Part shown: piece after piece, positions 57,347 through 64,000 of the stretch
How the letters are laid out: the number at the start of each line of letters is the position of its first letter
How positions within the stretch are numbered: the stretch's first letter is position 1
Virus record (IMG/VR): IMGVR_UViG_3300042891_000377
Span: 1 to 64,000 of that record
Strand: one strand, 5' to 3'
Source: a virus
Length of the DNA stretch: 64,000 nucleotides
Position numbers and translations under genes: made by a program
Notes under the pieces: model-generated
Told to the model about the DNA's origin: nothing
Database searches by the model: none
What the model saw: the letters and a program-made list of their open reading frames with translations, nothing else

Positions 57347-59371
57347 ATGATGAAAAATAAACTTAAAAAACTCCTAGTCAGTCCGTGGACTGCGTTAATT
57401 ACATTAGCTGTTATTGTAGTAGTAATCCTACAAGGACCTACATTCGTAGAGTCGGTTAGACTTAGATACTTTGACACACTGATTAGTGGCAAGGCTCCTA
57501 CAGAAAATAATATCTATACTGTAAACATAGATGAAGCAACATTAGACAAGTATGGGCAATGGCCATTTAAGCGTGACAAGTACGCAGACCTAATTGATGA
57601 CCTGTACAAACATGGCGCTGGCCTAGTTGTTTGGACTGTTATGATGCCAGAAGCAGACCGTCAAGGTGGCGATGCGGCCTTGGCATTAGAGTTAGAGGAC
57701 CATCCAGTTATCCTTACTAACATGCCCAGTGAAAAGTCTAAGAACATCCCACGTAAACCAGGCAGTGCTGTTATTGGTGACGAGTACAGCGACACAATTA
57801 TCACCTATCCGGGTATCATTGCTAACATTCCAGAACTAGAACGTAATGCCGCTGGTGTTGGTATTGCTAACACATTCCCAGAGGTAGATGGTGTTAATCG
57901 TCGACTACCATTGTTCGTTGGTTATGACAATAACGTATATCCAAGTATTCCGTTAGAAGTATTACGTGTTATATCGCAAGACTCAACATTCCAAGTTAAA
58001 CTAAATGAATTTGGTGTTGAGAAAATGCGCATACCAAGTTTCCGTCCTATCAGCACAGATAGCTTAGGTCGTATCTGGGTAGACTGGAGTCAAAAGTCAA
58101 CACAGGTATCAGCAGTCAACTTGCCTACAGACTTTGGTGGTGCTGTGGTTATTGTAGGCCTAAGTGCCGCAGGTTTAGCTAACCCAGTGCCAACTAGTAT
58201 CGGTAGCGTATGGCCACAAGATATGCAGGCCGCTGTTATTGGTACGTTAGCTAACAACGTAAACATTGAACGTCCATTCTGGGCAGACAATGCTGAACTG
58301 TTGGCTCTTATTGTTATCTCACTTATTATTTTAATCTTGAGCCGTTGGGTATATGTTGGCCTAGGAGTTGGCGTTGTATTGCTTGCGGCAATTACACCTG
58401 CAACAATGTATGCGTTTGCGCACTATAACTTCTTGTTTGATGCCATTGTGCCCACAGCAGGCGGTGTACTGGTTATGCTACACGCTTATGGTGTTAAGTT
58501 TATTAGCGAGTTCTTACAGAAACAACAGATCAAGAAACAATTTGGTAGCTACGTTAACCCTACTATTGTTGAACGCTTACAAAAGAATCCAGAGCTGATT
58601 AAACTAGGCGGCGAACGTAAAGAACTTTCAATTGTTATGACTGACCTACGTGGCTTCACAACACTTGGCGAATCGTTTGGTGATGATGTAGAAGGACTTA
58701 CACAGATCATGAATGACTACATGACAGCATTGAGTATTCCTGTGCTAAAGAATGATGGTACTTTAATTAAGTTTATCGGTGATGCTAGTTTACACGTACA
58801 CGGTGCTCCGTTGGATGATGCTAATCACGCTAAGACTGCGGTGCGTACTGCACTCGAAATGATCAAAGCCATTGAAGACTTTAACGTAGAACTTGTTGCT
58901 AGTGGCCGGCCACCGGTTGGTATGGGTGCTGGTGTTAACACAGGTGAAACCTTAATTGGTAACATTGGTGCTAAGAGCAAGTTTGGTTATGACGTTCTAG
59001 GTGACAGTGTAAGTACTGCGGCACGTTTAGAAGGACAAACTAAGTCATATGGTGTGTTACTAATCATCGGTCCTAAGACTGCTGAATACTGTAAAGATGA
59101 CTTCCCTGTAGTATGGTTAGACAACATTGCCGTTAAAGGTAAAACTATTGGCTTAGATATCTACACAGTTGGTCGTACTAATCTTTATATGCACGAGGAG
59201 TATCGTAAAGAATATACTCGTGGTAATTGGGGCAAGGCTATTGTATGGGCTAAAAAATTAGTCAACAACGATGATGTTGATATTAAACATTACTATGAAC
59301 TAATGATTGAACGTATGGAACAGGGTGTTCCTGCAAACTGGGATGGCACTTATCACGCCACTTCAAAATAA
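57347..59371 (+). CDS. CHASE2-domain class III adenylate/guanylate cyclase
   Basis: IDEATL..GQWPF.R and DGVNRR (CHASE2); 3 TM helices; TDLRGFT, KFIGDA, GD.V..AARLE. Confidence 0.93.
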   Translation: MMKNKLKKLLVSPWTALITLAVIVVVILQGPTFVESVRLRYFDTLISGKAPTENNIYTVNIDEATLDKYGQWPFKRDKYADLIDDLYKHGAGLVVWTVMMPEADRQGGDAALALELEDHPVILTNMPSEKSKNIPRKPGSAVIGDEYSDTIITYPGIIANIPELERNAAGVGIANTFPEVDGVNRRLPLFVGYDNNVYPSIPLEVLRVISQDSTFQVKLNEFGVEKMRIPSFRPISTDSLGRIWVDWSQKSTQVSAVNLPTDFGGAVVIVGLSAAGLANPVPTSIGSVWPQDMQAAVIGTLANNVNIERPFWADNAELLALIVISLIILILSRWVYVGLGVGVVLLAAITPATMYAFAHYNFLFDAIVPTAGGVLVMLHAYGVKFISEFLQKQQIKKQFGSYVNPTIVERLQKNPELIKLGGERKELSIVMTDLRGFTTLGESFGDDVEGLTQIMNDYMTALSIPVLKNDGTLIKFIGDASLHVHGAPLDDANHAKTAVRTALEMIKAIEDFNVELVASGRPPVGMGAGVNTGETLIGNIGAKSKFGYDVLGDSVSTAARLEGQTKSYGVLLIIGPKTAEYCKDDFPVVWLDNIAVKGKTIGLDIYTVGRTNLYMHEEYRKEYTRGNWGKAIVWAKKLVNNDDVDIKHYYELMIERMEQGVPANWDGTYHATSK

Positions 59372-59382
59372 AGGATTAGATT

Positions 59383-60108
59383 GTGTATCTAATAAACAAT
59401 CAACCTGTAATTGATCTGTCAGAATATGTTAATATGCAGAAGTTGTTTGATCAAAAATCACAGTTCGATTATGCTGTGGTTAAGAGTTCACCGCTGGTTA
59501 CTCCCGCTCGTTATTATCGCACACAATTCTTAGACCAACAACATCTTGGAATTTCAGATGTAATAGAAACATATAATAATTCAGATGAATTTGATTTCCT
59601 TCAAGACCTTAGAGATCACGGTCAATTGGCTAGTTGGTTAAGATACAATCAAAATCTTATATACGGACAACAAAGTGTTCCTATAATCTACCCAACAAAT
59701 TGGCTTACTAAACATATTGCAGATGAAACAGTCAAAACAGAAAACGTAAAATATTTTAAATTTTTATTTGATTGGTTAGCTGATGAACAAATATTTACTG
59801 AGTACGGTCGTGTAGTAGTATTTTTAAATGAGCCGGGAGTTTCAACACCAATTCATCAAGACTCTTCCGATGCATCACGAAAAGATGAATTCATTTGGTT
59901 AAGTCTCGGCGATAGGAAAAAGTTTTTTGTATACGATGAAAAAAATAAAGTTAAGCATTATTTAACAAGTGCTATCGGCACGTTTGATGCTACTAATTAT
60001 CATGGCGCTGATGCGGGGGAATTTGCATCGTGGAGTATGCGTATAGATGGTACATTCTCAGATTCATTTTTAATAAAAACTAATTTATATAAACATTTTA
60101 GGAATTAA
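59383..60108 (+). CDS. Putative 2OG-Fe(II)/cupin oxygenase
   Basis: HQD, distal YHG, SMRIDG. Confidence 0.5.
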   Translation: MYLINNQPVIDLSEYVNMQKLFDQKSQFDYAVVKSSPLVTPARYYRTQFLDQQHLGISDVIETYNNSDEFDFLQDLRDHGQLASWLRYNQNLIYGQQSVPIIYPTNWLTKHIADETVKTENVKYFKFLFDWLADEQIFTEYGRVVVFLNEPGVSTPIHQDSSDASRKDEFIWLSLGDRKKFFVYDEKNKVKHYLTSAIGTFDATNYHGADAGEFASWSMRIDGTFSDSFLIKTNLYKHFRN

Positions 60109-60109
60109 T

Positions 60110-60895
60110 ATGAAATATTTTATAGTATTAATACTGTTTCTATCAACGTCAGCTATAGCAAAACCTATTACTGCTAAAAGTTTTTTAGTGGCAGATAACA
60201 CAGGCGAAGTTATATTAGAAAAGAATGCCGACCGTGTACAGCCCATTGCTAGCATTACTAAACTAATGACAGTAATGGTAGTGCTAGACGCCCACCAAAA
60301 CTTAGATGAAATGATCACATTGGATCGCAGATTAGTTGGCAAGTATCACACTCGATTGCCTCGCAGTGTTAAACAACTTACTCGTGGTGAATTGATTGAT
60401 CTTGCTATTGTTAAGAGTGATAACCTTGCCGCATATACATTAGGCGCAAATTATCCGGGCGGTTTAACACGATGTATTGCTGAGATGAATCACATTGCGT
60501 TTGTACTAGGTATGTCAAATACCACATTTGCTGACCCAACAGGACTAGACGCAGACAACGTCAGTAACGCTCGTGACTTAGGCAAATTAGTTTTAGCCGC
60601 AAAAGAATATACGGAGATTACCGAAGCAAGTGGTAAACCTAATGTAAGTATCAAAGTTAAACGTCGTTGGTGGCAGTTTGGTAACACTAATCCAATGGTT
60701 AGAAATAGCAATGATGTACGAGTGAGTAAAACAGGTTATATAAATGAAAGTGGTGGTTGTGTGGTTATGCTACTTGATACTGAATTAGGACAACGTGTGA
60801 TTGTATTGTTGGGTAGTAAAAATACTCGTACACGTTTCCCAGAAGCACAAAAAATCGCTGTAACAGTTAGTAACAGCGATATTAATGTTGATTAG
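60110..60895 (+). CDS. D-Ala-D-Ala peptidase S11 (PBP7-like)
   Basis: Signal peptide; SITK, SDN and KTG motifs. Confidence 0.9.
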   Translation: MKYFIVLILFLSTSAIAKPITAKSFLVADNTGEVILEKNADRVQPIASITKLMTVMVVLDAHQNLDEMITLDRRLVGKYHTRLPRSVKQLTRGELIDLAIVKSDNLAAYTLGANYPGGLTRCIAEMNHIAFVLGMSNTTFADPTGLDADNVSNARDLGKLVLAAKEYTEITEASGKPNVSIKVKRRWWQFGNTNPMVRNSNDVRVSKTGYINESGGCVVMLLDTELGQRVIVLLGSKNTRTRFPEAQKIAVTVSNSDINVD

Positions 60896-61215
60896 TCACT
60901 GCCACCACTAGCGGCTTTATCGTCTTCTGATTTCTTATCAACATTGTTGATAGCTTTCTCAGCTTCTACACGTTCAAATTCAATTGTCTTACCGCGTAAA
61001 TGTAATACTGTGTTTACTTTTTGATTCAAACGTATCAAATCGTTGTCTAACATACGTATACGATCAATTAAGGCAATAAGCACAGTATTTGCGTCTGAAA
61101 TGACTGGTTTTACCTCTTTTGTAGCCCATTCCCACACGTATTTGATGATGAATCCCATACCCACTGCCATAACAATGGGAAAGCCATATTTGTTTACTAA
61201 ATCTACTACATCCAT
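60892..61215 (-). CDS. Holin-like single-TM coiled-coil protein
   Basis: GFP + TM helix, then coiled coil; paralog of 62694..62975. Confidence 0.55.
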   Translation of the reverse strand: MDVVDLVNKYGFPIVMAVGMGFIIKYVWEWATKEVKPVISDANTVLIALIDRIRMLDNDLIRLNQKVNTVLHLRGKTIEFERVEAEKAINNVDKKSEDDKAASGGSD

Positions 61216-61766
61216 AACATTATTCCTTGTGTTAGTAATACAATGCCTACAGCCGCTAGGCCAAAGCTACCCCAGAACATTAGCATACTAGCAGCAAGGA
61301 TACTAGCTGATAATAGAACAATGCTTAACTGGAACGCAGTGCTGGCATAACCAATCCACGGTAGTTGTGTTTTATAGTGATCACGATCTGCTTCTAACTG
61401 TTTAGCCTGTTTAAATAACTCTGGCTTACCTTCTGCGCCTTGATCATATGATAGAGCTTTTAGGTGATGATGTTCTGCTAGCTTTTTATCACCACGAGCA
61501 TTAGCTTCTTGCCCAGCTAGTTCATAGCTAGTTTGTTTAATACTTTTAGCTTGGTAGAATACCCATAGGTCATTGGCCTGTATGGTATTGTTCATTACTT
61601 TGCTGTTCAGACTACCTTGGAACCACATGGTAAATGCCAGTAAGGCTGCAAAGACATTAATTACTAATCCTGCTTTGCTTTTGATCATACTATCAGCGGT
61701 TTCTTTCTCGCCACCTTTCTCTTCGTTTTTGCGTATCATTTTGATTACTGTATCGTGTAATGCCAT
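61206..61766 (-). CDS. DUF4337-like membrane protein
   Basis: ANDLW.FYQAKSIK; Q.SIVL.SAS; 3 TM helices. Confidence 0.7.
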   Translation of the reverse strand: MALHDTVIKMIRKNEEKGGEKETADSMIKSKAGLVINVFAALLAFTMWFQGSLNSKVMNNTIQANDLWVFYQAKSIKQTSYELAGQEANARGDKKLAEHHHLKALSYDQGAEGKPELFKQAKQLEADRDHYKTQLPWIGYASTAFQLSIVLLSASILAASMLMFWGSFGLAAVGIVLLTQGIMLWM

Positions 61767-62542
61767 TATCCATTGTCTCCGTTTTTCCAACGCTCTAATA
61801 TAGCCGCATAGCGTGTAATGCTGTGATTAGTAAAGAAGTTAATTTCTCGACGTTTAAGTCCTACTACAAATCCGCGCCATACGTCTTTAGTTACCTGCCA
61901 TGCTGTTGGAGCACGTAAATGACCATAGTGATTCATATAGTACATACCACCAAAGTGTTTGTATGGCCAGGGCGGAACACGTGCTACAATATCAGCATTG
62001 TTGACGAATCGGAAATGTAGTACACCTGTTGCTTCAATTTTCTTAATGTAATTTTTAGTGCCTACTTTTGGACTACCATAGGTAAACAAAGCCTGTGGAC
62101 TAGGACAGTCTTCTGAATACTGTAGACGGTACGCAACCAATGTGGCCATTGCGGCTCCTAGACTGTGTCCAGTACACCATACTGTACGTGTCTTACCATG
62201 ATCGTCGGCTAGGTCTTTTAGTTTAGGCCAAATGTTATCTACACTTTCTTTAAATCCACGATGGATCCATTTTACACCCGAGTCGCTTTTTACTGGACGA
62301 GCTTTTAGGTCACTGGCAATATCAGCAAACTCTGTAGGCTGTGTACCACGGCAGGCAATAATCAGATCAGTTTTGTTTTCTAACCAGTACGCTTGACTAC
62401 CTTTGATATCTATTAAGGTTGATTTAAACCCAAGTTCTTTAAATGCCGCTTTACCTTCCTTTTCATCCAAGTAAGCAAGTTCGCTAATTTTAGCAAATAG
62501 CCAGGCTTGTTCCGGAAACGCTCGCATGTTTATTGCAGACAT
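61766..62542 (-). CDS. Lipase class 3
   Basis: RGT, HRGF, GHSLG, YGSPKVG, DIVARVP, His near the C-terminus. Confidence 0.92.
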   Translation of the reverse strand: MSAINMRAFPEQAWLFAKISELAYLDEKEGKAAFKELGFKSTLIDIKGSQAYWLENKTDLIIACRGTQPTEFADIASDLKARPVKSDSGVKWIHRGFKESVDNIWPKLKDLADDHGKTRTVWCTGHSLGAAMATLVAYRLQYSEDCPSPQALFTYGSPKVGTKNYIKKIEATGVLHFRFVNNADIVARVPPWPYKHFGGMYYMNHYGHLRAPTAWQVTKDVWRGFVVGLKRREINFFTNHSITRYAAILERWKNGDNG

Positions 62543-62694
62543 AATACTACTCCTATAAGAATTCCAAAAAATACACCAACGGCAAAGGCTTTGAACATAT
62601 CTATGTCATCCCATACTGCTTGTTTCTTAAGCCATGCTTTTGTATGTGCTGGTAAGCTGTTGTGCCATCGTTCTAATTTAGTAGGTTCAAACAT
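62530..62694 (-). CDS. Small membrane protein, 54 aa (not in ORF track)
   Basis: MFEPTKLERWHNSLP...AFAVGVFFGILIGVVLCLQ; TAATG coupling. Confidence 0.65.
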   Translation of the reverse strand: MFEPTKLERWHNSLPAHTKAWLKKQAVWDDIDMFKAFAVGVFFGILIGVVLCLQ

Positions 62695-62975
62695 TAATCT
62701 CTCCGAGCGTCGTGTTTGCCATCTGCGCGACTAATACGGTCTACATCTGGACGTAGGCCTAGTGCGTTAGATACTACTGTATCGATACGTATAACGTCAT
62801 GGTTCATTGTTTTAACACGATTGTCTAATGCTGTGATGATACCGGCCATGCCTTTGATACTGCCAAGCACGCCTTGTAATAGTAATTTAATTGTAAGGTA
62901 AACAAAGTACCCGCCGGCTAATGCCATTGCAACGGGGAAGCCTAAATCGCCAATTAGTTTGAAAATATCGCCCAT
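62694..62975 (-). CDS. Holin-like single-TM coiled-coil protein
   Basis: LGFPVAMA TM; ALDNRVKTMNHDVIRID; GGAG SD. Confidence 0.55.
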   Translation of the reverse strand: MGDIFKLIGDLGFPVAMALAGGYFVYLTIKLLLQGVLGSIKGMAGIITALDNRVKTMNHDVIRIDTVVSNALGLRPDVDRISRADGKHDARRD

Positions 62976-63026
62976 TAACTACTCCTTGAATTTTGTTATT
63001 ATTATACTAGTATTTATAGATTTTGG

Positions 63027-63055
63027 TTGACTTTTTGATTAGATGACTGTATAAT
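63027..63055 (+). promoter_or_regulatory. Repeated early sigma70 promoter
   Basis: TTGACT-N17-TATAAT with TTTTGG upstream. Confidence 0.85.
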
Positions 63056-63064
63056 CATAAAACT

Positions 63065-63364
63065 ATGAGAATAACTAAACTAAATGGTCGATTCAACGCT
63101 AACAAAAAATGGGGTTATACTTATTCTATAACCTTTAATGGCTTTGATTGGAAAAGATTCTACGCATTTAAAGCACAGGCCAAGGCAATGTTTGGTGATA
63201 GCATTGAGATGAAAAAGTCTTTTTTATGGCGAGAAGATACTGTTTTGTTGCGTTCAGCTCCTTGGGCGTTCCATTATGGCAAATCATCAAAGCCTATGAT
63301 GATATACTTTCGCGACAAGACTGACATGGAACAGTGTGTGATGATGTTTGCTTTGACATCTTAA
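63065..63364 (+). CDS. Early hypothetical protein (FxL-family-like C-terminus)
   Basis: IYFRD....MMFAL. Confidence 0.65.
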   Translation: MRITKLNGRFNANKKWGYTYSITFNGFDWKRFYAFKAQAKAMFGDSIEMKKSFLWREDTVLLRSAPWAFHYGKSSKPMMIYFRDKTDMEQCVMMFALTS

Positions 63365-63372
63365 TATTTTGG

Positions 63373-63433
63373 TTGACTTTTGAGTAAGTAGGCTGTATAA
63401 TGCTATACATAAACTAACAACACGGAGCAATAA
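63373..63433 (+). promoter_or_regulatory. Repeated early promoter/leader cassette
   Basis: TTGACT-N17-TATAAT + ACTAACAACACGGAGCAATAA. Confidence 0.9.
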
Positions 63434-63718
63434 ATGGCATACGTAGTCTACAACAAAGAAACAACTAAAACAATACGAGCTAAAGCATATGGTAAAGAGT
63501 ATTATGCCACAGAAGCTGCCGCTAAAGCGTTCTTAACACGTATGACCAAAATGGGCTATCGTAAAGAAGACTTTGCCGTAGCAGAAATCAGTGACTTCCG
63601 TGCTAACATTGAAAAGTATGAAACAGTTACTAACTTAATGTCAGGTAAACCTGTTCGCCAAAGCGTGAATACTCCATTGAGTTGTGATGTTAGCTCAGAA
63701 ACATATTGGAGTATGTAA
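63434..63718 (+). CDS. Early hypothetical protein
   Basis: V.NLMSG....S.NTP..CD.SSE.YWSM motif. Confidence 0.7.
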   Translation: MAYVVYNKETTKTIRAKAYGKEYYATEAAAKAFLTRMTKMGYRKEDFAVAEISDFRANIEKYETVTNLMSGKPVRQSVNTPLSCDVSSETYWSM

Positions 63719-63726
63719 GATTTTGG

Positions 63727-63788
63727 TTGACTTTTTGGTTAAATGACTGTATAATGTTACACATACACTAACAACACAGGAGCAATAA
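63727..63788 (+). promoter_or_regulatory. Repeated early promoter/leader cassette
   Basis: TTGACT-N17-TATAAT + ACACTAACAACACAGGAGCAATAA. Confidence 0.9.
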
Positions 63789-64000
63789 ATGGACTTTCAA
63801 GCTATTCACAATGAAGCACAAACAGCAGCAACTAACGCTCAAAATGCATTTCTTAAAACATACGGCGAAATGGCCTACTGTGGTTTTGCCTGGGTTAATG
63901 TTTATGTAGATCGTACTAACTCAACAGAAGCTAAGGGTTTACTTGGTGTTGGCTTTAAGAAAGACTACCGTCCTAAATGTTTAAACTTGTGGAGCCCAGG
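63789..64000 (+). CDS. Early hypothetical protein (3'-truncated)
   Basis: MDFQAIHNEAQ...YCGFAWVNV; runs off the window. Confidence 0.7.
   Translation, partial: MDFQAIHNEAQTAATNAQNAFLKTYGEMAYCGFAWVNVYVDRTNSTEAKGLLGVGFKKDYRPKCLNLWSP

Noticed and set aside
690-62901. Many short ORF-track entries antisense to or nested in long genes (e.g. 24494..25171, 37924..38223, 46574..46969)
   Set aside because: Shadows of well-supported genes, with no RBS or recognisable motifs
1-64000. Alternative genetic code, tRNA/rRNA genes, DGR
   Set aside because: Known genes end properly at TAA, TAG and TGA under code 11; no cloverleaf, rRNA or reverse transcriptase recognised by eye (a covariance scan would be decisive)

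Overview
This 64 kb AT-rich window is part of a large (jumbo-like) tailed dsDNA phage with a distantly T4-like design. It carries a primase, a DnaB/gp41 helicase, NrdAB with glutaredoxin, TAAATA late promoters, repeated sigma70 early-promoter cassettes and virion/tail-fibre genes. The auxiliary gene content points to a methylotrophic betaproteobacterial host (Methylophilaceae-like; inference). Main signals: (1) a methanol-oxidation island with lanthanide-type XoxF (DYD motif), a 23-aa PqqA missed by the ORF track, a c8-type cytochrome c, a porin, AhpC and a Pho-box-preceded phosphate-uptake operon; (2) a curli/type VIII-like module (CsgF, CsgG, two curlin-repeat proteins, FecR), possibly wired to a CHASE2 adenylate cyclase, with a stand-alone copy of the cyclase C-terminus just upstream of csgF; (3) an iscU gene split by 8 extra nt (GGA-TGA-CA-GGT) at its active-site motif; (4) many apparently leaderless genes, late promoters inside RBS-occluding hairpins, and a ROSE-like thermometer before dnaK-hsp20. 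No tRNA, rRNA or CRISPR array was recognised. All family assignments come from motif recognition, not database searches.
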